Origin: Methanobacteriota archaeon
Lineage (GTDB): Archaea; Methanobacteriota_B; Thermococci; Methanofastidiosales; B48-G16
Direction of reading: 5' to 3'
Length of the DNA: 53,496 bases
Assembly (NCBI GenBank): GCA_034659995.1
Contig: JAYEIH010000068.1
Coordinates: 1-53,496 of the forward strand
Part shown: positions 1-8,068 of the stretch, in pieces
How the letters are laid out: every line of letters begins with the position of its first letter
Position numbering within the stretch: position 1 is the first letter of the stretch
Notes under the pieces: model-generated
The model's input: the letters and a program-made list of their open reading frames with translations, nothing else
Told to the model about the DNA's origin: nothing
The model's database searches: none
Translations under genes and position numbers: made by a program

Positions 1-169
1 TATCAAGCGTCCCGATAATATTCAATAGCGTGGACTTTCCTGATCCGGAAGGTCCACTGATCGCGAGGAACTCTCCCTGTTCTATACTAAAGGCTACATT
101 GTTTAATGCTGTAACCTCGTTTTCTTTTCCTTTGTTGTATACTTTTGTTACATTATTGAGTTGTATCAT
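1..169 (-). CDS. ABC transporter ATP-binding protein, MacB/LolD-like (N-terminal fragment; gene runs off the window start)
   Basis: Reverse translation from ATG 167-169 gives [56 protein letters not shown], with Walker [18 protein letters not shown] lies 4-5 nt upstream. Confidence 0.8.
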   Translation of the reverse strand, partial: MIQLNNVTKVYNKGKENEVTALNNVAFSIEQGEFLAISGPSGSGKSTLLNIIGTLD

Positions 170-213
170 GGTGTCACCAAAAAAATAAAAAGAAAATTTA
201 AAGGTACTTCTTC

Positions 214-441
214 CTATCTTTTGCAGCACGGGTGACTTGAAAGAACTTCTACTACATGCACATTACGCGTATCTTTTATCACCCTACCCACGTATTGCCT
301 TCCTGTAATCTTGCCAAAGCACGAATCATAGTACACTCTATACTTATCACAATATTTACGTTCTCCACCAATTTTGAACCTACACTTGTAAAAAGGTACC
401 GGAACTGAAGTTGGACATATCTGCCAAACGTACGTCGTCAT
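214..441 (-). CDS. hypothetical small basic Cys-rich protein (75 aa)
   Basis: ORF lies 12 nt downstream of the 95-aa gene and 44 nt upstream of the ABC ATPase, on the same strand. It has 6 Cys. No SD and no recognisable family. Confidence 0.35.
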   Translation of the reverse strand: MTTYVWQICPTSVPVPFYKCRFKIGGERKYCDKYRVYYDSCFGKITGRQYVGRVIKDTRNVHVVEVLSSHPCCKR

Positions 442-453
442 AGTTTCATATTT

Positions 454-741
454 TCATCCGCTGCAATTTTTATACTCGTACCAAGTCCGTGTTCCGCAGT
501 CCATGGGTTTAATCGGCCCTCTCCCCATCTGGGGCTCATCCGGAACGCATCCACCTCTCAGTTCTTGTTCGCAGGGACAGCCTTGTATATCCTCTCGATT
601 CTCCGCATATTTATCTATCGCTTTTTGTTCGCACGGGCATCCACTCTTTTTTTCATCTTCTTGATTCTCTGCGTATGCAATAGAACTCGCTATCACCAAA
701 AGTATTGTTGCGGCCACCAGAATTTTTCTTTTATTATCCAT
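454..741 (-). CDS. secreted small Cys-rich protein with internal tandem repeat (95 aa)
   Basis: SD GAGGT lies about 9 nt upstream of the ATG. Signal peptide is MDNKRKILVAATILLVIASSIAYA. The module AEN(Q/R)ED..GCPCEQ is duplicated. The mature part has 7 Cys. Confidence 0.6.
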   Translation of the reverse strand: MDNKRKILVAATILLVIASSIAYAENQEDEKKSGCPCEQKAIDKYAENREDIQGCPCEQELRGGCVPDEPQMGRGPIKPMDCGTRTWYEYKNCSG

Positions 742-774
742 CTTTTATCTACCTCATTTAGTTTAGTCTTTTAA

Positions 775-911
775 CCTACACAACAGCGTTGTGTAACAGA
801 AGTTATCAAAGATAACTCCTTCAGTAACTTATCAGAAATGGACGTAGGACGCAGTCCTACGTCGGTCTGTAATGAGTTACTGTTGACACAGCATGTCCTG
901 TGTCGTTTTTT
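775..911 (+). ncRNA. candidate structured small RNA (unassigned family)
   Basis: Perfect stems at 778-784/788-794 and 802-807/811-816. A long interrupted hairpin is formed by 822-829/875-882, 833-836/866-869 and 841-850/854-863. The stem 885-891/898-904 is followed by T6. A weak TATA-like TTTTATCT sits at 743-750. Confidence 0.25.
885..911 (+). terminator. hairpin plus T6 tract (terminator-like)
   Basis: GACACAG-CATGTC-CTGTGTC is followed by G and TTTTTT (906-911). Confidence 0.3.
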
Positions 912-1156
912 GTGTCCCTCCTCTTCAGTCATCAGGAGGGTCTGCCATGTGTTATTACCTTCACCTTTAAAAACGTTTTGGTTACTAATGTGTGAATAAA
1001 AAGGTTTTTTGTTTTTCACCGCAATGCGAAGATGCATTGCCTAACATTACGAGAATCGCAAATGATATTATTATAAAGAGTTAAGTAAACATTGGAGAAG
1101 GAAGAGTATAGAAACTCCATTGTCATCTCAAAGTTCTCAAAAAAAATAATAAAAAA

Positions 1157-1918
1157 TCAATTTTTCTTTGGCAGAAGAGGGTACATCCACGTGGCGAAAG
1201 TATCCGGGCTCCTCGTCTGGATCAGCACCTTTCCATGCCCACGGAGCTTTGCAACGAGCCCCTCACCGCTTAAAAATGTGGATTTGAGGCCTCCAACTTT
1301 TTTTATTGTATAGCGTATGTTGTTCTCAAATGCCACCAGATGCCCCGTGTCTACGATAAACTCATTCCCCTTCAGTTCAAAGACGGAGATTGCTCCAAAG
1401 GATGATAAAAAGAGATCCCCCATATCCTTCAAGCTTTAAGAAGAAGAGCCCTTCTCTTGAAATAAATCCCTTCAATCCCTGAAACTCTGTATCTATATTT
1501 ATTGAACCGGAGGAGGCGATAAATGCACCGCCCTGTGCAAACCATCTCTCGTTATTAAGGGTTAGATGGGTGATATCACCGAGATATCCTGGTGCAAAGG
1601 CAACCGTTCCTTTTCCGCCAGAGGCTCTAAATGTGTTCATGAAGAGAGATTCTCCTCCCAAAAATTTTCTTTTCAACCCACCGAATAGTCCCCCCTTCAT
1701 CTCTGTTTTTATTTCAATGTTTGGGGACATATAGACCATTGCACCGGCCTCTCCAATGATTTCCTGGCCAGCTTCAGATATGTTTTCAGGAGCGTGTATG
1801 CGGGGTTGTAGCTCACTTCATAGCTGAGTTCTCCGTTTCTTTTCGTGAGTGCTGTTCCGCATTTTACACAGAACGCGCTGTCTTCGCTATTCTTAGTACC
1901 GCATTGTGGGCATCTCAT
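1157..1918 (-). pseudogene. zinc-ribbon + AIM24/DUF124 (TIGR00266-like) protein, disrupted by two frameshifts
   Basis: Three minus-strand ORFs in three frames (1709-1918, 1377-1739, 1157-1432) concatenate into one protein. It has zinc ribbon CPQCGTKNSEDSAFCVKCG and an AIM24 core (GEAGAMVYMSPNIEIKTEMKGG.., FLKLEG.GDLFLSSFGAI, VDTGHLVAF). The frame breaks lie near 1772-1778 and at the C5 (G5 on the coding strand) run 1417-1421. Confidence 0.75.
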
Positions 1919-2313
1919 AATTTCTCACCGCAGTTCGGGCAGTATGCAGCATCTTCCGCCAGTGTGGCCCCACAGTTGGGACATACTCCAGAGGCCCTTT
2001 CACTTTCGAGCTTGACCTCCACACCACCGACAAGACCTGCAGCAAGATTGTACAGAAAGACATAGATCATGGAAATTATACCTGCAAAAATTGCCCATAG
2101 TATCCCGGATACCACACCTATTATGACTCCAAAGGCCGCTCCCGTGCCGCTTGTGAGTATACCTCCGGGAAGAGAGGATCCTGAGAAACTGCCGGTTCCG
2201 GCGCCCATGAGTGCTCCAAGCACTATCCCAAAAACAATCCCCAGTACAAGACATACTGTCAGTACCATTCTAAATACCGAAAAATATCCAAATTTTTTTA
2301 TCTCATATTTCAT
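1915..2313 (-). CDS. membrane protein with C-terminal double-CxxC zinc ribbon
   Basis: 132 aa with Gly-rich TM helices. C-terminus is CPNCGATLAEDAAYCPNCG. An ATGA start/stop overlap joins it to the downstream zinc-ribbon/AIM24 gene. Confidence 0.7.
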   Translation of the reverse strand: MKYEIKKFGYFSVFRMVLTVCLVLGIVFGIVLGALMGAGTGSFSGSSLPGGILTSGTGAAFGVIIGVVSGILWAIFAGIISMIYVFLYNLAAGLVGGVEVKLESERASGVCPNCGATLAEDAAYCPNCGEKL

Positions 2314-2576
2314 TTTATATCTCCTCCTATTTTTAATATAGATATTGGGACAGTACTTTTTATTCTTTTCTGTTCTACCAGAAAGTCCTATTTTATAGTA
2401 TTTTTTTGGCTTGTATTGAGTATAAGTGGATTTTTTATTTAAAAAAGATGAAATTAGTCTTTTTGAATCGTTTGAAATTATCTTTATCTATTTCTGTGCA
2501 AAACTCCTCTTAAAAAAACCATTTTTAATTTTCATCTTTAACTGTTAATCCCGAAAAGCTTAAAATAAGGGTCTGC

Positions 2577-3614
2577 ATGATATTCAATATGAAAATCTGG
2601 ATAGATATATCAAATGCGCCTCATATTCATTTTTTCAAGAATGTAATAAAAGAATTGGAGCTTAGAGGACATGAGGTCATAGTAACGGCAAGAGATTTCG
2701 ATTCTATCCGGGAGATACTGATTCTTTGTGATATAGAGTACAGGACTGTTGGAAAGCACGGGGGGTTTTCCTTAAAGGATAAGTTAGTTGAGAGCTCAAA
2801 GAGAGTGCTTGACCTTGCGGAGATGATTGCAGAAGAAAATCCGGATTTAGCACTCTATAAACACTCTGTTGAGGCTGCAAGAGTGAGTTATGGCTTGAAT
2901 ATACCCTCCATTTGTGCAGTGGACAATGAGATTGCGGAGGCGCAGAATAAGTTAATGTTACCCCTCTCTACAAGAGTAATAGCACCGGAAGCCATACCCG
3001 TGGAGAAAATAAAGCGATATGGCGTTTCCGAGAGGAGCATCCGACGATTTTATGGCATCTGTGAGCTCGCCCATGTACGGGATTTTGTGCCAGATAGGAG
3101 TATTAGGGAGCGTTTTAATCCCGATGTACCGTTAATAGTACTGAGACCCGAGCCTATAAAGGCCGATTATTACAACGGGAACAAAAATAAATCTGTAATA
3201 AAAGAGATTATAGAAGATTCTCCCATAGACGCTACTTTTGTGGTATTTCCTCGGTCTGAGTATCAAAAAAGGCTTTTTGATATGGGCAATGTTGTAGTGC
3301 CGGAGAAGATCATGGACTCCCTGAGCCTTATTCATTTTTCAGATCTGGTAATTAGTGCCGGCGGCTCGATGAATAGAGAGGCGATAGCCTCAGAAGTTCC
3401 GGCAATCTCTGCATTTCCCGGCGAACTTCTCGCCGTGACAGAGTTTTTGATAGACCTTGGAATAAAGGATCATTCTTTGGACCCTAAGGAAATCTGGAGA
3501 ACAGCCGAGGAGTTTATGGAGAGTTCATACAAAAAAGATGTAAGAAAAGCGTTAAAAAGAATGGAAAATCCTGTTGATGTCATTCTTGAGGAGATCGATG
3601 CATTGGTGGATTAA
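2577..3614 (+). CDS. DUF354 family protein (GT-B / UDP-GlcNAc 2-epimerase-like fold)
   Basis: N-terminus KIWIDISNAPHIHFFKNVIKELELRGHEV is typical of archaeal DUF354. An alternative start ATG is at 2589. A TATA-like CTTAAAATAAGG lies just upstream. Confidence 0.65.
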   Translation: MIFNMKIWIDISNAPHIHFFKNVIKELELRGHEVIVTARDFDSIREILILCDIEYRTVGKHGGFSLKDKLVESSKRVLDLAEMIAEENPDLALYKHSVEAARVSYGLNIPSICAVDNEIAEAQNKLMLPLSTRVIAPEAIPVEKIKRYGVSERSIRRFYGICELAHVRDFVPDRSIRERFNPDVPLIVLRPEPIKADYYNGNKNKSVIKEIIEDSPIDATFVVFPRSEYQKRLFDMGNVVVPEKIMDSLSLIHFSDLVISAGGSMNREAIASEVPAISAFPGELLAVTEFLIDLGIKDHSLDPKEIWRTAEEFMESSYKKDVRKALKRMENPVDVILEEIDALVD

Positions 3615-3841
3615 AGTTTATAGACCTTCTCTCCCTCACTCACTTCTTCCGAGGTTTTTATTCCGACGGAGTCCCCCGGGGCTACCTCTTCCACAGCTTC
3701 TCTGTCTATCTCCATGGATTCCACGGTGAACTCAAGGTCTCCTATCTTTATCTTATCTCCTGTTTTAAAGTTTCCACTTACCTTTATCCCTGCAACACCA
3801 ATGTGGGAAAAATATCTGAATACCTCTCCTACTTCTTCCAT
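3611..3841 (-). CDS. small EF-Tu domain-2-like beta-barrel protein
   Basis: 76 aa. VAGIKVSGNFKTGDKIKI ... APGDSVGIK resembles the GTP_EFTU_D2 fold. It follows citF on the same strand. Confidence 0.5.
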   Translation of the reverse strand: MEEVGEVFRYFSHIGVAGIKVSGNFKTGDKIKIGDLEFTVESMEIDREAVEEVAPGDSVGIKTSEEVSEGEKVYKL

Positions 3842-3873
3842 TATATCACCTTTTAATTCCTTTGTTTCCTTGT

Positions 3874-5451
3874 TTATATACTTTTCTCAAATACGCCGGA
3901 GCTGCGTCTTTTTACCTGTCGAACTACATCGATGATGGTACCGTCTCTGTACTCTATGAGCCCTATGATATTATCCGTTAAATTTGGTGGAGTTGGTTTT
4001 CCGCATATCGCATATGCTTCATTTTTCAGCGCTTCTATTGTTTTCACCGGCAGGTTTTTGCGCCTTGCTCTTTTAAATAGGCCCCGTCTTTTGGGATTAA
4101 TCGCAATCCCTCGCTCTGTGACCACTGCATCCACCGTCTCTCCAGGTGTTGTCACGGTGGTCACGTCTTCTACTATTACTGGGATCCTTCCTCTCTTTAA
4201 TGGGGCCGTAATAACTGTGAGGTCCGCGCCTGCGGCAGTATCCTGGTGCCCTCCCGTGGGATGGAGAAGAAGACCGTCAGAGTGAGTGTTAACGTTCACA
4301 TTGAACTTTGTATCGACCTCTGTGGCACCCAGAACGACTACGTCCAGCTTATTGACGGCACATCCCTTGGAAAAGATATTTGCATAGTGTGATGTTGTTA
4401 TTTCGGCATGTCTATAATCCTTTCGTAACGATTGTATGCAGGAGAGGTCAAAGGCCTGGACGGTCAGTATATTCCTCATTACCTTATCCTCAAGCATCTT
4501 TACAAGATATTCTGTTGTTCCCCCCATCGCAAAGTTCCCAACAATCTTGTGTTCTTTCATATACTCGTGGATATAACGAGTTACCGCCAGAGAGATTCCG
4601 CCGGCACCGGCCTGAAAGGTGAAGCCGTCCTTTAGGGCTCCGGAGCTTTTGATAAGATCCATCGCTCTTTTGGCTATGAGAAGCGATACAGGATCCTTTG
4701 TTACCACCGTTGACTCGGAGACGATCTTTGACGGATCGCCGATATCATCTATCTCTACAACATAATCCACATACTCCTGCGATATGGTGATCGGTGTTGC
4801 CGGATACGGCACGAGGTTATCCGTTATCACGACTACGTTGTCTGCGTAATGCGCATCGGCGTGGGAGTAGGTCAACGGACCGCATGCGGATTTTCCGCTC
4901 AGCCCATTGCAGTTTCCGTACTCATCTGCGGTGGGCGCACCGATAAATGCCACATCTATATCAATTTCCCCAGTTTTAATTGCTCTTACTCTGTCTCCGT
5001 GGGATCTGACGAAGACGGGTCCTTTCAGCGGGTTCTCTGCGGTTACGTATGCACCGAGTTTTCCTCTGAGGCTTCCGCCCTCTATCCCCGTGATCACTCC
5101 CTTTTTTATATACTGTATAATCTTTTTGCTGTGGCAGTTGAAGAGGGAGCTTGGAGCAAGGGTGATATCTTTGAGCCCCATCTCTGCGATTATGTCCAGC
5201 ACCATGTTGAGGATATAATCTCCCTCCCGGAGATGATGGTGGAATGAGATTGTCATACCGTTCTCCAGCCCTACAGCTTCTATGGCATCCTTTATAGAGG
5301 GTAAAAGCTTTTCTCCTCTCCCAAATTCCAGGTTAAATGCCGCCTTTCTTTTTTTCGGTTTAAAGGCAAACGCACCGTTAAAGGGTGTTAATTTTCTGCC
5401 GTCAATTTCAGTTGGTACACGTCTTCCAATACTGTTCTCTACAAACTCCAT
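3874..5451 (-). CDS. citF: citrate lyase alpha subunit (citrate CoA-transferase)
   Basis: 525 aa, with size and sequence typical of CitF. It overlaps the citE stop by 13 nt, in the order citD-citE-citF. Confidence 0.85.
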   Translation of the reverse strand: MEFVENSIGRRVPTEIDGRKLTPFNGAFAFKPKKRKAAFNLEFGRGEKLLPSIKDAIEAVGLENGMTISFHHHLREGDYILNMVLDIIAEMGLKDITLAPSSLFNCHSKKIIQYIKKGVITGIEGGSLRGKLGAYVTAENPLKGPVFVRSHGDRVRAIKTGEIDIDVAFIGAPTADEYGNCNGLSGKSACGPLTYSHADAHYADNVVVITDNLVPYPATPITISQEYVDYVVEIDDIGDPSKIVSESTVVTKDPVSLLIAKRAMDLIKSSGALKDGFTFQAGAGGISLAVTRYIHEYMKEHKIVGNFAMGGTTEYLVKMLEDKVMRNILTVQAFDLSCIQSLRKDYRHAEITTSHYANIFSKGCAVNKLDVVVLGATEVDTKFNVNVNTHSDGLLLHPTGGHQDTAAGADLTVITAPLKRGRIPVIVEDVTTVTTPGETVDAVVTERGIAINPKRRGLFKRARRKNLPVKTIEALKNEAYAICGKPTPPNLTDNIIGLIEYRDGTIIDVVRQVKRRSSGVFEKSI

Positions 5452-6311
5452 CGTTCAACACCCCTCAGGATTCTTTTTGCGTGTTCTATCTCTGCCTTTC
5501 TCACGATCTCGCCATCGATGTGGATCTCCTTCCTTTTCGGATTCTTTTTGTACTCTTTAATAATCTTCTTTGCCCTCTCTACTCGCTCACCGGAAGGGGT
5601 AAAGACCTTATGCACGATCTCTATATGGTTTGGGTTAACTACTCTTTTACCATCGAACCCCATTCTTTTTGCTGCCAAACTCTCTTTATACAGCCCTTTA
5701 TCATCGCTTTCATCCAGAAAGACGGAATCAATGGCCTGAAATCCGTAGGCTTTGGCAACAGAGACTATCTTGGACTTGGCATACATGAGCTCTCTTTCAC
5801 TCTTTGTCCTTTCTCCGGAGATACTAAGAAGATAATCATCTGCATCCAGTGTAAGAGCGACGATTCTCTCACTTTTTCCTGCCATTCTTTCGAGATTCAA
5901 AAGTCCTGCCGCATCTTCTATCAATGGAATAATTGAGATTTTATGGGATATAGAGCGTTCTTCTTCTATTTCAGTGAGAATGGAGTCCATTTTTTGTATA
6001 CTCTCTTCTGTGGATACCTCGGGAACCATAACCACATCCAGGGGCTCCTGAACTATCTCACGAAGGTCTCTCTTTCCAAAGGTTTCAAGAGGGTTTATTC
6101 GAACCGTGACCTCAGAACTATAAAAATTTACCTTTTTTAATGCTCTTTTGACGAGAATTCTGGAAAATTTCTTCTGTGCTTGCGGAACACTGGCTTCCAG
6201 ATCCAGTACAACGGCATCAGCGCCGTAAACACCGGCATCCACCATCTTTCTCGTGCCGATACCGGAGATGTAGAGTCCTGAGCGTCTCAAACTACCCTTC
6301 ATTTTCCTCAC
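5439..6311 (-). CDS. citE: citrate lyase beta subunit (citryl-CoA lyase, HpcH/HpaI aldolase family)
   Basis: 290 aa. RRSGLYISG and AVVLDLEASVP are typical of CitE. It overlaps citD. Confidence 0.85.
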   Translation of the reverse strand: MRKMKGSLRRSGLYISGIGTRKMVDAGVYGADAVVLDLEASVPQAQKKFSRILVKRALKKVNFYSSEVTVRINPLETFGKRDLREIVQEPLDVVMVPEVSTEESIQKMDSILTEIEEERSISHKISIIPLIEDAAGLLNLERMAGKSERIVALTLDADDYLLSISGERTKSERELMYAKSKIVSVAKAYGFQAIDSVFLDESDDKGLYKESLAAKRMGFDGKRVVNPNHIEIVHKVFTPSGERVERAKKIIKEYKKNPKRKEIHIDGEIVRKAEIEHAKRILRGVERWSL

Positions 6312-6567
6312 CTATTGCTTTCCTTACGGCATCCTCCACTCTTGCCTGTAGAACAAAGTTCACGGCGTTTTTTTCTACAATGGTAACGGAGGCTTTGTTC
6401 ACATCAAACTCCCGTAGCACTTCTGTTACCTCATCGGCTATTTCTTTCCCGAAAAGGTCAAAGAGTGAGGTTTCCACAGATATACTGAGGGTGTCGGATG
6501 GCTCTATCCGCACGTATGCGTCTCTTTTCACGTTACGAGTTCCGGACTCGCCCACTTGTGTGATCAT
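6292..6567 (-). CDS. citD: citrate lyase gamma subunit (acyl carrier protein)
   Basis: 91 aa. N-terminal VGESG aligns with the prosthetic-group Ser region of CitD. It sits directly upstream of citE. Confidence 0.7.
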   Translation of the reverse strand: MITQVGESGTRNVKRDAYVRIEPSDTLSISVETSLFDLFGKEIADEVTEVLREFDVNKASVTIVEKNAVNFVLQARVEDAVRKAIGEENEG

Positions 6568-6608
6568 GTTTTTCTCCCGGTGGCCTCTCTTTAAAAGGTT
6601 TTGTTTTT

Positions 6609-7337
6609 TTACCGGTACATACTCTGCTTGCCGGGCATCTTCACTGGCGTAGCCTGCTTTTTCAGTTTCCGCATTCGTTCTTCAAGTCTTTTAGCATCTT
6701 CCAGGAGCGGTTCTATATCTATCTCTACCTCAGGAAGCAGTTCATCGACAACCTGGACCAGCCTGGCGGCAGCTTCAGAGTCAGGTATGTCCTTTCTTGC
6801 CTCACCGAGGAGACTTATTACATTAAAATCTTCTATTCTACCCTTATTGAGAAGAATTGCCGAGACTCCTGTGATCATTCCCACATTTAATGGTTTTGAA
6901 CTTATTTCCGTCTTTTTCATTCTTTCTGTTCCTTCATCAAGAGAGTTTACATGGTAAACCTGTATATCCTCATCTTCCCCTTTGCTTACCAGCCCCTCCA
7001 GACTGATTATTCTCTTACACTTATTCTCTTTTGCCCATTTCAAGATCTTCTCTGCCAGAGGCCTCACTACCGGAGGCGATGGTACGAACTCCGAGACGAT
7101 TGCAGCGATCTTTATATCTTCGCGAGCGTAGATACGTGCTGGACATTTTGGCTTGTTGTCAAAGATAAGTGAGAGTGGAGGGAACTCATTGGAATCCAGA
7201 GCAGCCATCTGATCGAGATTGAGTTTGTCGATAAGGTAACTTACTGCGATACTCGATATCATCCCCACTGAAGGGTGTCCCACTATCACCGTACCGTCCC
7301 TCAAATCGACCTTTTTAAATGTATGCAATTTTATCAT
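6609..7337 (-). CDS. PAC2 family proteasome assembly chaperone/activator (PbaA/PbaB-like)
   Basis: COG1938-like sequence (GTVIVGHPSVGMISSIAVSYLIDKL). The C-terminus ends MYR, a hydrophobic-Tyr-X (HbYX) motif. ATG 7337 is favoured as start; the longest ORF starts at 7379. Confidence 0.75.
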   Translation of the reverse strand: MIKLHTFKKVDLRDGTVIVGHPSVGMISSIAVSYLIDKLNLDQMAALDSNEFPPLSLIFDNKPKCPARIYAREDIKIAAIVSEFVPSPPVVRPLAEKILKWAKENKCKRIISLEGLVSKGEDEDIQVYHVNSLDEGTERMKKTEISSKPLNVGMITGVSAILLNKGRIEDFNVISLLGEARKDIPDSEAAARLVQVVDELLPEVEIDIEPLLEDAKRLEERMRKLKKQATPVKMPGKQSMYR

Positions 7338-7357
7338 AGCCTTTTTTCCGTGGCAAG

Positions 7358-7372
7358 ACTTAAATAATTTAT
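7358..7372. promoter_or_regulatory. shared bidirectional TATA element for PAC2 and alaX (both apparently leaderless)
   Basis: ACTTAAATAATTTAT lies about 25 nt from ATG 7388 (+) and about 25 nt from ATG 7337 (-). Confidence 0.35.
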
Positions 7373-7387
7373 GCACCATCTCTTTTT

Positions 7388-8068
7388 ATGAATACAGAAC
7401 TTTTATTTCTGAAAGACTCGTATAAACGGGAATTTGAGGCTGAGGTTTTGAACTTTGAGAAGAACTATGTTGTTCTGGATCGGACGTGCTTTTATCCGAA
7501 AGGTGGAGGTCAGGACTGCGATACAGGGACACTTGGGGATTTTACCGTATCGAAGGTAAAGAAGAAGAAGGGCAAGGTGTTGCATAAGATAGACGGTACA
7601 CCAGAGGAAGGCGATACGGTTACCGGAAAACTGGACTGGGAGAGGAGGTACAGTTTAATGAAGTACCACACGGCACTTCACATTCTGAGTCGGGCCGTTT
7701 TCAATCGTTACGGCGGTGCCGTAGCCGGCAATCAGATACATCCGCATAAGGCACGTATTGATTTTGATCTTGAGGAAATTAAGGATGAAAAAGAGATAGA
7801 GGAAAAAACAAATGAAATTATAAAAGAGGGGCGACCCGTGAAGACCTTTACCGTTCCGCGGGAAAAAGCAGCTGAACTGGTCGATGAAAAAACAAGACTG
7901 GACCTTATTCCGGATTTTATCAAAGATATCAGAGTTATTGATATTGAGGGCTATGATATCGATGCCTGCGGCGGTACTCATGTAAAGAACACAGAGGAGA
8001 TAGGAGAGATAGAGATAACGAATGTCGAGAGCAAAGGTAAAAGAAGAAAAAGGGTGACTATCGTTTAA
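7388..8068 (+). CDS. alaX: alanyl-tRNA editing protein AlaX (AlaX-M type)
   Basis: 226 aa. Editing-domain motifs HTALHIL and CGGTHV are present. Confidence 0.85.
   Translation: MNTELLFLKDSYKREFEAEVLNFEKNYVVLDRTCFYPKGGGQDCDTGTLGDFTVSKVKKKKGKVLHKIDGTPEEGDTVTGKLDWERRYSLMKYHTALHILSRAVFNRYGGAVAGNQIHPHKARIDFDLEEIKDEKEIEEKTNEIIKEGRPVKTFTVPREKAAELVDEKTRLDLIPDFIKDIRVIDIEGYDIDACGGTHVKNTEEIGEIEITNVESKGKRRKRVTIV

Noticed and set aside
771-1037. 88-aa minus-strand ORF spanning the hairpin cluster
   Set aside because: It has no SD. Its start codon lies inside a perfect hairpin, and the ORF is built almost entirely from palindromic DNA. Its composition is unlike neighbouring genes. I treated the region as non-coding.
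2000-2341. Overlapping ORFs (84 aa minus, 90 aa plus) within the zinc-ribbon membrane protein gene
   Set aside because: They are alternative-frame shadows of a Gly/Ala-rich TM gene and have no independent support.
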